Origin: Balanoglossus misakiensis
Taxonomy: Eukaryota > Animalia > Hemichordata
Direction: 5' to 3'
DNA length: 64,000 nt
NCBI GenBank assembly: GCA_040954595.2
Contig: CM082590.2
Location: 2,852,001-2,916,000, forward strand
Of this stretch, positions 1-15,107 are shown one piece after another. Position 1 is the first letter of the stretch. Every line of letters begins with the position of its first letter. The notes beneath the pieces are model-generated. The model made no database searches. It was not told the origin of the DNA and saw only the letters and a list, made by a program, of their open reading frames with translations. A program made the position numbers and the translations under genes.

Positions 1-3000
1 CTCGTTTATTTACCGAATTCTGTTGTGAGGTGCAGAGCACGTAATAGGCCTATGCGCATAAGAAAGTTTTCCACCAGACTCTGTAGATCGACGGATAGTT
101 GTAAAATTTCCATGGTTGCTTCTAAACAGCCTCGTTTATTTACCGATTTCTGTTGTGATGCGCAGAACACATAGATAGGCATATGTGCATAAAAAAGTTT
201 TCCACTAGACTCTGTAGATCGAGAGATAGTTCTAAAATTTCCATGGTTGCTTCCAAACACAGCCTCGTTTGTTTACAAAATTCTGTTGTGATGCGCAGAA
301 CACATATATAGGCCTATGCGCATAATAACGTTTTCCACTAGACTCTGTAGATCGACGGATAGTTGTAAAATTTCCATGGTTGCTTCCAAACAAAGCCTCG
401 TTTGTTTACAAAATTCTGTTGTGATGTGCATAACACATGATAGGCCTATGCGCACATGAACGTTTTTCCACTAGACTCTGTAGATCGAGAGATAGTTCTA
501 AAATGTCCATGGTTGCTACCAAACACAGCCTCGTTTGTTTACAAAATTCTGTTGTGATGCGCAGAACACATATATAGGCCTATGCGCATAAGAACGTTTC
601 CACTAGACTCTGTAGATCGACGGATAGCTGTAAAATTTCCATGGTTGCTTCCAAACAGCCTCGTTTATTTACCGATTTCTGTTGTGAGGCGCAGAACACA
701 TGATAGGCCTATGCGCATGAGACATTTTTCCACTAGACTCTGTAGATCGACGGATAGTTGTAAAATTTCATGGTTGCTTCCAAATACAGCCTCGTTTATT
801 TAGCGATTTCTGTTGTGATGCGCATAACACATAGATAGGCCTATGCGCATAAGAACGTTTTCCACTAGACTTTGTAGATCGACGGATAGTTGTACAATGT
901 CCATGGTTGCTTCCAAACAGCCTCGTTTATTTACCGAATTCTGTTGTGAGGCGCAGAACACGTAATAGGTCTATGCGCATAAGGAAGTTTTCCACCAGAC
1001 TCTGTAGATCGACGGATAGTTGTAAAATTTCATGGTTGCTTCCAAATACAGCCTCGTTTATTTACCGATTTCTGTTGTGATGCGCATAACACATAGATAG
1101 GCCTATGCGCATAAGAACGTTTTCCACTAGACTCTGTAGATCGACGGAAAGTTGTACAATTTCCATGGTTGCTTCCAAACAGCCTCGTTTATTTACCGAT
1201 TTCTGTTGTGAGGCACAGAACACATGATAGGCCTATGCGCATAAGACATTTTTCCGCTAGACTCTGTAGATCGACGGATAGTTCTAAAATTTCCATGGTT
1301 GCTTCCAAACAGCCTCGTTTATTTACCGAATTCTGTTATGAGGCGCAGAGCACGTAATAGGCCTATGCGCATAAGAAAGTTTTCCACCAGACTCTGTAGA
1401 TCGACGGATAGTTGTAAAATTTCCATGGTTGCTTCCAAACAGCCTCGTTTATTTACCGATTTCTGTTGTGATGCGCAGAACACATAGATAGGCATATGTG
1501 CATAATAAAGTTTTCCACTAGACTCTGTAGATCGAGAGATAGTTCTAAAATTTCCATGGTTGCTTCCAAACACAGCCTCGTTTGTTTACAAAATTCTGTT
1601 GTGATGCGCAGAACACATATATAGGCCTATGCGCATAATAACGTTTTCCACTAGACTCTGTAGATCGACGGATAGTTGTAAAATTTCCATGGTTGCTTCC
1701 AAACAGCCTCGTTTATTTACCGAATTCTGTTGTGAGGCGCAGAACACATAGATAGGCATATGTGCATAAGAAAGTTTTCCACTATAGACTCTGTAGATCG
1801 AGAGATAGTTCTAAAATGTCCATGGTTGCTTCCAAACACAGCCTCGTTTATTTACCGATTTCTGTTGTGATGCGCATAACACATAGATAGGCCTATGCGC
1901 ATAAGAACGTTTTCCACTAGACTCTGTAGATCGACGGATAGTTGTACAATTTCCATGGTTGCTTCCAAACAGCATCGTTTATTTACCGAATTCTGTTGTG
2001 AGGCGCAGAACACGTAATAGGTCTATGCGCATAAGGAAGTTTTCCACCAGACTCTGTAGATCGACGGATAGTTGTAAAATTTCAAGATTGCTTCCAAATA
2101 CAGCCTCGTTTATTTACCGATTTCTGTTGTGATGCGCATAGATAGGCCTATGCGCATAAGAACGTTTTCCACTAGACTATGTAGATCGACGGATAGTTGT
2201 ACAATTTCCATGGTTGCTTCCAAACAGCCTCGTTTATTTACCGATTTCTGTTGTGAGGCGCAGAACACATGATAGGCCTATGCGCATAAGACATTTTTCC
2301 ACTAGACTCTGTAGATCGACGGATAGTTCTAAAATTTCCATGGTTGCTTCCAAACAGCCTCGTTTATTTACCGAATTCTGTTGTGAGGCGCAGAGCACGT
2401 AATAGGCCTATGCGCATAAGAAAGTTTTCCACCAGACTCCTTAGATCGACGGATAGTTGTAAAATTTCCATGGTTGTTTCCAAACACAGCCTCGTTCATT
2501 TATAAAATTCTGTTGTGATGCGCTGAACACATACATATGCCTATGCGCATAAGAAAGTTTCCCACTAGACTCTGTAGATCGACGGATAGTTCTAAAATTT
2601 CCATGATTGCTTCCAAACACATCCTCGATTGTTTACAAAATTCTGTTGTGATGCGCAGAACACATATATAGGCCTATGCGCATATGAATGTTTTCCACTA
2701 TACTCCGTAGATCGACAGATAGTTCTAAAATTTCCATTGTTGCTTCCAAACAAAGCCTCGTTTGTTTACAAAATTCTGTTGTGATGTGCATAACACATGA
2801 TAGGCCTATGCGCACATGAACGTTTTTCCACTAGACTCTGTAGATCGACGGATAGTTCTAAAATTTACATGGTTGCTTCCAAACAGCCTCGTTTATTTAC
2901 CGATTTCTGTTGTGAGGCGCAGAACACGTAATAGGCCTATGCGCATAAGAAAGTTTTCCACCAGACTCTGTAGATCGACGGATAGTTGTAAAATTTACAT

Positions 3001-6000
3001 GGTTGCTTCCAAATACAGCCTCGTTTATTTACCGATTTCTGTTGTGATGCGCATAATACATAGATAGGCCTATGTGCATAAGAACGTTTTCCACTAGACT
3101 CTGTAGATCGAGAGATAGTTCTAAAATTTCCATGGTTGTTTCCAAACACAGCCTCGTTCATTTACAAAATTCTGTTGTGATGCGCTGAACACATACATAT
3201 GCCTATGCGCATACGAAAGTTTCCCACTAGACTCTGTAGATCGACGGATAGTTCTAAAATTTCCATGATTGCTTCCAAACACATCCTCGATTGTTTACAA
3301 AATTATGTTGTGATGCGCAGAACACATATATAGGCCTATGCGCATATGAACGTTTTCCACTATACTCTGTAGATCGAGAGATATTTCTAAAATTTCCACG
3401 GTTGCTTCCAAACAAAGCCTCGTTTGTTTACAAAATTATGTTGTGATGTGCATAACACATGATAGGCCTATGCGCATATGAACGTTTTCCACTATACACT
3501 GTAGATCGAGAGATAGTTCTAAAATTTCCATGGTTGTTTCCAAACACAGCCTCGTTCATTTACAAAATTCTGTTGTGATGCGCAGAACACATATATAGGC
3601 CTATGCGCATATGAACGTTTTCCACTATACTCCGTAGATCGACAGATAGTTCTAAAATTTCCAATGTTGCTTCCAAACAAAGCCTCGTTTGTTTACAAAA
3701 TTATGTTGTGATGTGCATAACACATGATAGCATATGCGCATATGAACGTTTTCCACTATACTCTGTAGATCGAGAGATAGTTCTAAAATTTCCACAGTTG
3801 CTTCCAAACAAAGCCTCGTTTGTTTACAAAATTATGTTGTGATGTGCATAACACATGATAGGCCTATGCGCATATGAACGTTTTCCACTATACTCTGTAG
3901 ATCGAGAGATAGTTCTAAAATTTCCACGGTTGCTTCCAAACAAAGCCTCGTTTGTTTACAAAATTCTGTTGTGATGCGCAGAACACATATATAGGCCTAT
4001 GCGCATATGAACGTTTTCCACTAGACTCTGTATATCGACGGATAGTTGTAAAATTTCCATGGTTGCTTCCAAACAGCCTCGTTTATTTACCGAATTCTGT
4101 TGTGAGGCGCAGAACACATAGATAGGCATATGTGCATAAGAAAGTTTTCCACTATAGACTCTGTAGATCGAGAGATAGTTCTAAAATGTCCATGGTTGCT
4201 ACCAAACACAGCCTCGTTTGTTTACAAAATTCTGTTGTGATGCGCAGAACACATATATAGGCCTATGCGCATAAGAACGTTTCCACTAGACTCTGTAGAT
4301 CGACGGATAGCTGTAAAATTTCCATGGTTGCTTCCAAACAGCCTCGTTTATTTACCGATTTCTGTTGTGATGCGCAGAACACATAGATAGGCATATGTGC
4401 ATAATAAAGTTTTCCACTAGACTCTGTAGATCGAGAGATAGTTCTAAAATTTCCATGGTTGCTTCCAAACACAGCCTCGTTTGTTTACAAAATTCTGTTG
4501 TGATGCGCAGAACACATATATAGGCCTATGCGCATAATAACGTTTTCCACTAGACTCTGTAGATCGACGGATAGTTGTAAAATTTCCATGGTTGCTTCCA
4601 AACAGCTTCGTTTATTTACCGAATTCTGTTGTGAGGCGCAGAACACATAGATAGGCATATGTGCATAAGAAAGTTTTCCACTATAGACTCTGTAGATCGA
4701 GAGATAGTTCTAAAATGTCCATGGTTGCTACCAAACACAGCCTCGTTTGTTTACAAAATTCTGTTGTGATGCGCAGAACACATATATAGGCCTATGCGCA
4801 TAAGAACGTTTCCACTAGACTCTGTAGATCGACGGATAGCTGTAAAATTTCCATGGTTGCTTCCAAACAGCCTCGTTTATTTACCGATTTCTGTTGTGAG
4901 GCGCAGAACACATGATAGGCCTATGCGCATGAGACATTTTTCCACTAGACTCTGTAGATCGACGGATAGTTGTAAAATTTCATGGTTGCTTCCAAATACA
5001 GCCTCGTTTATTTAGCGATTTCTGTTGTGATGCGCATAACACATAGATAGGCCTATGCGCATAAGAACGTTTTCCACTAGACTTTGTAGATCGACGGATA
5101 GTTGTACAATGTCCATGGTTGCTTCCAAACAGCCTCGTTTATTTACCGAATTCTGTTGTGAGGCGCAGAACACGTAATAGGTCTATGCGCATAAGGAAGT
5201 TTTCCACCAGACTCTGTAGATCGACGGATAGTTGTACAATTTCCATGGTTGCTTCCAAACAGCCTCGTTTATTTACCGATTTCTGTTGTGAGGCACAGAA
5301 CACATGATAGGCCTATGCGCATAAGACATTTTTCCACTAGACTCTGTAGATCGACGGATAGTTCTAAAATTGCCATGGTTGCTTCCAAACAGCCTCGTTT
5401 ATTTACCGAATTCTGTTGTGAGGCGCAGAGCACGTAATAGGCCTATGCGCATAAGAAAGTTTTCCACCAGACTCTGTAGATCGACGGATAGTTGTACAAT
5501 TTCCATGGTTGCTTCCAAACAGCCTCGTTTATTTACCGATTTCTGTTGTGATGCGCAGAACACATAGATAGGCATATGTGCATAAGAAAGTTTTCCACTA
5601 TAGACTCTGTAGATCGAGAGATAGTTCTAAAATGTCCATGGTTGCTACCAAACACAGCCTCGTTTGTTTACAAAATTCTGTTGTGATGCGCAGAACACAT
5701 ATATAGGCCTATGCGCATAAGAACGTTTCCACTAGACTCTGTAGATCGACGGATAGCTGTAAAATTTCCATGGTTGCTTCCAAACAGCCTCGTTTATTTA
5801 CCGATTTCTGTTGTGAGGCGCAGAACACATGATAGGCCTATGCGCATGAGACATTTTTCCACTAGACTCTGTAGATCGACGGATAGTTGTAAAATTTCAT
5901 GGTTGCTTCCAAATACAGCCTCGTTTATTTAGCGATTTCTGTTGTGATGCGCATAACACATAGATAGGCCTATGCGCATAAGAACGTTTTCCACTAGACT

Positions 6001-9000
6001 TTGTAGATCGACGGATAGTTGTACAATGTCCATGGTTGCTTCCAAACAGCCTCGTTTATTTACCGAATTCTGTTGTGAGGCGCAGAACACGTAATAGGTC
6101 TATGCGCATAAGGAAGTTTTCCACCAGACTCTGTAGATCGACGGATAGTTGTACAATTTCCATGGTTGCTTCCAAACAGCCTCGTTTATTTACCGATTTC
6201 TGTTGTGAGGCACAGAACACATGATAGGCCTATGCGCATAAGACATTTTTCCACTAGACTCTGTAGATCGACGGATAGTTCTAAAATTTCCATGGTTGCT
6301 TCCAAACAGCCTCGTTTATTTACCGAATTCTGTTGTGAGGCGCAGAGCACGTAATAGGCCTATGCGCATAAGAAAGTTTTCCACCAGACTCTGTAGATCG
6401 ACGGATAGTTGTACAATTTCCATGGTTGCTTCCAAACAGCCTCGTTTATTTACCGATTTCTGTTGTGATGCGCAGAACACATAGATAGGCATATGTGCAT
6501 AATAAAGTTTTCCACTAGACTCTGTAGATCGAGAGATAGTTCAAAAATTTCCATGGTTGCTTCCAAACACAGCCTCGTTTGTTTACAAAATTCTGTTGTG
6601 ATGCGCAGAACACATATATAGGCCTATGCGCATAATAACGTTTTCCACTAGACTCTGTAGATCGACGGATAGTTGTAAAATTTCCATGGTTGCTTCCAAA
6701 CAGCCTCGTTTATTTACCGAATTCTGTTGTGAGGCGCAGAACACATAGATAGGCATATGTGCATAAGAAAGTTTTCCACTATAGACTCTGTAGATCGAGA
6801 GATAGTTCTAAAATGTCCATGGTTGCTTCCAAACACAGCCTCGTTTGTTTACAAAATTCTGTTGTGATACGCAGAACACATATATAGGCCTATGCGCATA
6901 AGAACGTTTCCACTAGACTCTGTAGATCGACGGATAGCTGTAAAATTTCCATGGTTGCTTTTAAACAGCCTCGCTTATTTACCGATTTCTGTTGTGAGGC
7001 GCAGAACACATAGATAGGCCTATGTGCATAAGAAAGTTTTCCACTATAGACTCTGTAGATCGAGAGATAGTTCTAAAATGTCCATGGTTGCTTCCAAACA
7101 CAGCCTCGTTTATTTACCGATTTCTGTTGTGATGCGCATAACACATAGATAGGCCTATGCGCAAATGAACGTTTTCCACTATACTCTGTAGATCAAGAGA
7201 TAGTTCTAAAATTTCCATGGTTGCTTCCAAACTCCGCTTCGTTTGTTTACAAAATTCTGTTGTGATGCGCATAACACATAGATAGGCCTATGCGCATATG
7301 AACGTTTTCCACTATACTCTGTAGATCGACAGATAGTTCTAAAATTTCCATGTTTGCTTCCAAACAGCCTCGTTTATTTACGGAATTCTGTTGTGAGGCG
7401 CATAACACATAGATAGGCCTATGCGCATATGAAAGTTTTCCACTATACTCTGTAGATCGAGAGATAGTTTCTAAAATTTCCACGGTTGCTTCCAAACAGC
7501 CTCGTTTATTTACGGAATTCTGTTGTGAGGCGCAGAACACATGATAGGCCTATGCGCATAAGACATTTTTCCAATAGACTCTGTAGATCGACGGATAGTT
7601 CTAAAATTTCCATGGTTGCTTCCAAACAGCCTCGTTTATTTACCGAATTCTGTTGTTAGGCGCAGAACACGTAATAGGCCTATGCGCATAAGAAAGTTTT
7701 CCACCAGACTCTGTAGATCGACGGATAGTTGTAAAATTTACATGGTTGCTTCCAAATACAGCCTCGTTTATTTAGCGGTTTCTGTTGTGATGCGCATAAT
7801 ACATAGATAGGCCTATGCGCATAAGAACGTTTTCGACTAGACTCTGTAGATCGACGGATAGTTCTAAAATTTCCATGGTTGCTTCCAAACAGCCTCGTTT
7901 ATTTACCGAATTCTGTTGTGAGGCGCAGAACACGTAATAGGCCTATGCGCATAAGAAACTTTTCCACCAGACTCTGTAGATCGACGGATAGTTGTAAAAT
8001 TTCCATGGTTGTTTCCAAACAGCCTCGTTTATTTACCGAATTCTGTTGTGATGCGTAGAACACATACATATGCCTTTGCGCATAAGAAAGTTTTCCACCA
8101 GACTCTGTAGATCGACGGATAGTTGTAAAATTTACATGGTTGCTTCCAAATACAGCCTCGTTTATTTAGCGGTTTCTGTTGTGATGCGCATAATACATAG
8201 ATAGGCCTATGCGCATAAGAACGTTTTCGACTAGACTCTGTAGATCGACGGATAGTTCTAAAATTTCCATGGTTGCTTCCAAACAGCCTCGTTTATTTAC
8301 CGAATTCTGTTGTGAGGCGCAGAACACGTAATAGGCCTATGCGCAAAAGAAACTTTTCCACCAGACTCTGTAGATCGACGGATAGTTGTAAAATTTCCAT
8401 GGTTGTTTCCAAACAGCCTCGTTTAATTACCGAATTCTGTTGTGATGCGTAGAACACATACATATGCCTTTGCGCATAAGAAATTTTTCTACTAGACTCC
8501 GTAGATCGACGGATAGTTCTAAAATTTCCATGGTTGCTTCCAAACAAAGCATCGTTTGTTTACAAAATTCTGTTGTGATGCGCAGAACACATAGAGAGGC
8601 CTATGCGCATAAGAAAGTTTTCCACTAGACTCTGTATATCGACGGATAGTTCTAAAATTTCCATGGTTGCTTCCAAACACATCCTCGTTTGTTTACAAAA
8701 TTATGTTGTGATGCGCATAATACATAGATAGGCCTATGCGCATAAGAACGTTTTCCAGTAGACTCTGTAGATCGACGGATAGTTCTAAAATTTCCATGGT
8801 TGCTTCCAAACAGCCTCGTTTATTTACCGAATTCTGTTGTGAGGCGCAGAACACGTAATAGGCCTATGCGCATAAGAGACTTTTCCACCAGACTCTGTAG
8901 ATCGACGGATAGTTGTAAAATTTCCATGGTTGTTTCCAAACAGCCTCGTTTATTTACCGAATTCTGTTGTGATGCGTAGAACACATACATATGCCTATGC

Positions 9001-12000
9001 GCATAAGAAATTTTTCCACTAGACTCCGTAGATCGACGGATAGTTCTAAAATTTCCATGGTTGCTTCCAAACAAAGCATCGTTTGTTTACAAAATTCTGT
9101 TGTGATGCGCAGAACACATAGAGAGGCCTATGCGCATATGAACGTTTTCCACTAGACTCTGTATATCGACGGATAGTTCTAAAATTTCCATGGTTGCTTC
9201 CAAACACATCCTCGTTTGTTTACAAAATTCTGTTGTGATGCGCATAATACATAGATAGGCCTATGCGCATAAGAACGTTTTCCACTAGACTCTGTAGATC
9301 GACGGATAGTTCTAAAATTTCCATGGTTGCTTCCAAACAGCCTCGTTTATTTACCGAATTCTCTTGTGAGGCGCAGAACACGTAATAGGCCTATGCGCAT
9401 AAGAAACTTTTCCACCAGACTCGGTAGATCGACAGACAGTTGTAAAATTTCCATGGTTGTTTCCAAACAGCCTCGTTTATTTACCGAATTCTGTTGTGAT
9501 GCGTAGAACACATACATATGCCTATGCGCATAAGAAATTTTTCCACTAGACTCCGTAGATCGACGGATAGTTCTAAAATTTCCATGGTTGCTTCCAAACA
9601 AAGCATCGTTTGTTTACAAAATTCTGTTGTGATGCGCAGAACACATAGAGAGGCCTATGCGCATATGAACGTTTTCCACTAGACTCTGTATATCGACGGA
9701 TAGTTCTAAAATTTCCATGGTTGCTTCCAAACACATCCTCGTTTGTTTACAAAATTATGTTGTGATGCGCATAATACATAGATAGGCCTATGCGCATAAG
9801 AACGTTTTCCAGTAGACTCTGTAGATCGACGGATAGTTCTAAAATTTCTATGGTTGCTTCCAAACAGCCTCGTTTATTTACCGAATTCTGTTGTGAGGCG
9901 CAGAACACGTAATAGGCCTATGCGCATAAGAGACTTTTCCACCAGACTCTGTAGATCGACGGATAGTTGTAAAATTTCCATGGTTGTTTCCAAACAGCCT
10001 CGTTTATTTACCGAATTCTGTTGTGATGCGTAGAACACATACATATGCCTATGCGCATAAGAAATTTTTCCACTAGACTCCGTAGATCGACGGATAGTTC
10101 TAAAATTTCCATGGTTGCTTCCAAACAAAGCATCGTTTGTTTACAAAATTCTGTTGTGATGCGCAGAACACATAGAGAGGCCTATGCGCATATGAACGTT
10201 TTCCACTAGACTCTGTATATCGACGGATAGTTCTAAAATTTCCATGGTTGCTTCCAAACACATCCTCGTTTGTTTACAAAATTCTGTTGTGATGCGCATA
10301 ATACATAGATAGGCCTATGCGCATAAGAACGTTTTCCACTAGACTCTGTAGATCGACGGATAGTTCTAAAATTTCCATGGTTGCTTCCAAACAGCCTCGT
10401 TTATTTACCGAATTCTCTTGTGAGGCGCAGAACACGTAATAGGCCTATGCGCATAAGAAACTTTTCCACCAGACTCGGTAGATCGACAGACAGTTGTAAA
10501 ATTTCCATGGTTGTTTCCAAACAGCCTCGTTTATTTACCGAATTCTGTTGTGATGCGTAGAACACATACATATGCCTATGCGCATAAGAAATTTTTCCAC
10601 TAGACTCCGTAGATCGACGGATAGTTCTAAAATTTCCATGGTTGCTTCCAAACAAAGCATCGTTTGTTTACAAAATTCTGTTGTGATGCGCAGAACACAT
10701 AGAGAGGCCTATGCGCATATGAACGTTTTCCACTAGACTCTGTATATCGACGGATAGTTCTAAAATTTCCATGGTTGCTTCCAAACACATCCTCGTTTGT
10801 TTACAAAATTCTGTTGTGATGCGCATAATACATAGATAGGCCTATGCGCATAAGAACGTTTTCCACTAGACTCTGTAGATCGACGGATAGTTCTAAAATT
10901 TCCATGGTTGCTTCCAAACAGCCTCGTTTATTTACCGAATTCTCTTGTGAGGCGCAGAACACGTAATAGGCCTATGCGCATAAGAAACTTTTCCACCAGA
11001 CTCTGTAGATCGACAGACAGTTGTAAAATTTCCATGGTTGTTTCCAAACAGCCTCGTTTATTTACCGAATTCTGTTGTGATGCGTAGAACACATACATAT
11101 GCCTATGCGCATAAGAAATTTTTCCACTAGACTCCATAGATCGACGGATAGTTCTAAAATTTCCATGGTTGCTTCCAAACAAAGCATCGTTTGTATACAA
11201 AATTCTGTTGTGATGCGCAGAACAAATAGAGAGGCCTATGCGCATAAGAACGTTTTCCACTAGACTCTGTATATCGACGGATAGTTCTAAAATTTCCATG
11301 GTTGCTTCCAAGCACATCCTCGTTTGTTTACAAAATTATGTTGTGATGCGCAGAACACATAGATAGGCCTATGCGCATTGGAAAGTTTTCCACTAGACAC
11401 CGTAGATCGACGGATAGTTCTAAAATTTCCATGGTTGCTTCCAAACACATCCTCGTTTGTTTACAAAATTCTGTTGTGATGCGCAGAACACATAGATAGG
11501 CCTATGCGCATCGGAAAGTTTTCCACTAGACTCCGTAGATGGACGGATAGTTCTAAAATTTCCATGGTTGCTTCCAAACACATCCTCGTTTGTTTACAAA
11601 AATCTGTTGTGATGCGCAGAACACATAGATAGGCCTATGTGCATATGAACGTTTTCCACTATACTCCGTAGATCGACGGATAGTTCTAAAATTTCCATGG
11701 TTGCTTCCAAACAGCCTCGTTTATTTACCGAATTCTGTTGTGAGACGCAGAACACATACATATGCCTATGCGCATAAGAAATTTTTCCACTAGACTCCGT
11801 AGATCGACGTATAGTTGTAAAATTTACTTTGTTGCTTCCAAATACAGCCTCGTTTATTTAGATAGGCCTATGCGCATAAGAACGTTTTCCACTAGACTCT
11901 GTAGATCGACGGATAGTTCTAAAATTTCCATGGTTGCTTCCAAACAGCCTCGTTTATTTACCGAATTCTGTTGTGAGGCGCAGAACACGTAATAGGCCTA

Positions 12001-13925
12001 TGCGCATAAGAAACTTTTCCACCAGACTCTGTAGATCGACGGATAGTTGTAAAATTTCCATGGTTGTTTCCAAACAGCCTCGTTTATTTACCGAATTCTG
12101 TTGTGATGCGTAGAACACATACATATGCCTATGCGCATAAGAAATTTTTCCACTAGACTCCGTAGATCGACGGATAGTTCTAAAATTTCCATGATTGCTT
12201 CCAAACAAAGCATCGTTTGTTTACAAAATTCTGTTGTGATGCGCAGAACACATAGAGAGGCCTATGCGCATAAGAACGTTTTCCACTAGACTCTGTATAT
12301 CGACGGATAGTTCTAAAATTTCCATGGTTGCTTCCAAACACATCCTCGTTTGTTTACAAAATTCTGTTGTGATGCGCATAATACATAGATAGGCCTATGC
12401 GCATAAGAACGTTTTCCACTAGACTCTGTAGATCGACGGATAGTTCTAAAATTTCCATGGTTGCTTCCAAACAGCCTCGTTTATTTACCGAATTCTGTTG
12501 TGAGGCGCAGAACACGTAATAGGCCTATGCGCATAAGAAACTTTTCCACCAGACTCTGTAGATCGACGGACAGTTGTAAAATTTCCATGGTTGTTTCCAA
12601 ACAGCCTCGTTTATTTACCGAATTATGTTGTGATGCGTAGAACACATACATATGCCTATGCGCATAAGAAATTTTTCCACTAGACTCCGTAGATCGACGG
12701 ATAGTTCTAAAATTTCCATGGTTGCTTCCAAACAAAGCATCGTTTGTTTACAAAATTCTGTTGTGATGCGCAGAACACATACAGAGGCCTATGCGCATAA
12801 GAACGTTTTCCACTAGACTCTGTATATCGACGGATAGTTCTAAAATTTCCATGGTTGCTTCCAAACACATCCTCGTTTGTTTACAAAATTCTGTTGTGAT
12901 GCGCAGAACACATAGATAGGCCTATGCGCATTGGAAATTTTTCCACTAGACTCCGTAGATCGACGGATAGTTCTAAAATTTCCATGGTTGCTTCCAAACA
13001 CATCCTCGTTTGTTTACCGAATTCTGTTGTGAGGCGCAGAACACGTAATAGGCCTATGCGCATAAGAAACTTTTCCACCAGACTCTGTAGATCGACGGAC
13101 AGTTGTAAAATGTCCATGGTTGTTTCCAAACAGCCTCGTTTATTTACAGAATTATGTTGTGATGCGTAGAACACATACATATGCCTATGCGCATAAGAAA
13201 TTTTTCCACTAGACTCCGTAGATCGACGGATAGTTCTAAAATTTCCATGGTTGCTTCCAAACAAAGCATCGTGTGTTTACAAAATTCTGTTGTGATGCGC
13301 AGAACACATAGAGAGGCCTATGCGCATAAGAACGTTTTCTACTAGACTCTGTAGATCGACGGATAGTTCTAAAATTTCCATGGTTGCTTCCAAACACATC
13401 CTCGTTTGTTTACAAAATTCTGTTGTGATGCGCAGAACACATAGATAGGCCTATGCGCATTGGAAAGTTTTCCACTAGACTCCGTAGATCGACGGATAGT
13501 TCTAAAATTTCCATGGTTGCTTCCAAACACATCCTCGTTTGTTTACAAAAATCTGTTGTGATGCGCAGAACACATAGATAGGCCTATGCGCATATGAACG
13601 TTTTCCACTAGACTCTGTATATCGACGGATAGTTCTAAAATTTCAATGGTTGCTTCCAAACACATCCTCGTTTGTTTACAAAATTCTGTTGTGATGCGCA
13701 GAACACATAGATAGGCCTATGCGCATTGGAAAGTTTTCCACTAGACTCCGTAGATCGACGGATAGTTCTAAAATTTCCATGGTTGCTTCCAAACACATCC
13801 TCGTTTGTTTACAAAAATCTTTTGTGATGCGCAGAACACATTGATAGGCCTATGCGCATATGAACGTTTTCCACTATACTCTGTAGATCGACGGATAGTT
13901 CTAAAATTTCCGTGGTTGCTTCCAG
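1..13925. repeat. Satellite array 1, ~130-133-bp monomer, roughly 105 copies, with higher-order repeats; runs off the left window edge
   Basis: Continuous head-to-tail repeat of ccatggttgcttccaaacagcctcgtttatttaccgaattctgttgtgaggcgcagaacac...taggcctatgcgcataagaa...ttccactagactctgtagatcgacggatagtt(g/c)taaaattt. It ends abruptly at ~13925. Identical ORF-track translations recur at 917-bp, 527-bp and 1054-bp offsets. Confidence 0.97.
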
Positions 13926-14339
13926 TCTAATTAATTCAGATAAAAAGAATTGACACATTATGATGTAAATATTTATAAAAGTAGTAATAATGTAAGAGAT
14001 AACCATAATTCAAAATTCATTAAATTCTAATGTAATTTTAAAGTTTTGTTTTAAATTTTTCATGAAAAAAATAAGCATATCAAGTGACATGTTTAATAGT
14101 GAAAAAAACCTGAATGTCACAAAATCAACAATCATCTAAAGAAATTAACACTGATTCCTCTTTTCCATCACACTGTATCAAAAACTCCTACCAAAAGTAC
14201 AGTATTATTTAAACCACAAATAAGAAAAATCTCCTTATTATGACTTGTCAGATTATTAGGTGACAGACAGGAGTTGGCAGATGCTGGAGGCCGGGAGAAA
14301 ATCATCCTATCTTATCTGCTCCAGATCGCTTTGAATATT

Positions 14340-14756
14340 TCCTAATCCTGATGTACATGTATCAGATCAATCTTGTATGTTACTAATTGAACAATTTGTT
14401 CTTCGGTATAACAGAACCAGTTGAATACTCAAAGTCATGCAAAGGGTAAGACAATATCTCTTCTCCAGAAAGTCAAGGGTTCTTGAGAATATTCCTTCTA
14501 CACAGGCAGCTCTAAAAGAACATGTGCTATGAGAAACCTAGCAAAGCTATATCAAACCAACAGAATCCCATTGGAAATCAAGTTGGAAAACTCTTAGTCA
14601 AGCCCAAGAAAAGAGTCAACCTCAGGAAATCAGTTGTAAAAAGTAATGCACATGTTCCTGTAGGTGCTTTAGGTCTAGTCTGACAGCAGTGCTCTTTGTT
14701 ACTGTAAAGGAGAATGTCATCAAGATTGATCTGATACATGTACATCAGAATTAGGA
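14340..14756. repeat. 36-bp inverted repeat pair enclosing ~345 bp (possible MITE relic or inversion)
   Basis: 14340-14375 tcctaatcctgatgtacatgtatcagatcaatcttg is the reverse complement of 14721-14756 caagattgatctgatacatgtacatcagaattagga, with one mismatch. Confidence 0.6.
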
Positions 14757-14899
14757 TAATATACAGAGGAATGTATGGAAGCAAGTATGTTTTACAACCC
14801 ATATTCCTGTTTCTGAGTGTTACAATTGACCAAAAAGTGCCAATAATGGGAGAAAAGTGTGAATGTCAGTTTCTGGCCGCTATTTTGGGATCCATATTG

Positions 14900-15107
14900 G
14901 AAAATGTCCGCCATGGGTCAATGAATAATTGTACCAAATTTCATGCTTTTAACCCAAAGTGCACGATTTTAAAGTTTGAATATCTGTTTCTGGTCACTAG
15001 AGGGCTGTGTCATTTTAGATCCATATCAGAAAATGGCCGCCATAAGTGTACCAAGTTTCATGCTTTTAACCCAAATTGCACGATTTTTGGGTTAACTGCC
15101 CCACTAC
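14900..15107. repeat. Short direct duplication, unclassified repeat fragment
   Basis: gtaccaa(a/g)tttcatgcttttaacccaaa(g/t)tgcacgatttt occurs at ~14931 and ~15048, each preceded by gaaaatg(t/g)ccgccat. Confidence 0.5.

Noticed and set aside
1-13925. Dozens of 60-130-aa ORFs (MLPNSLVYLP..., MFGSNHGNF...)
   Set aside because: They are translations of the satellite monomer on both strands, often with non-ATG starts and no domain signature.
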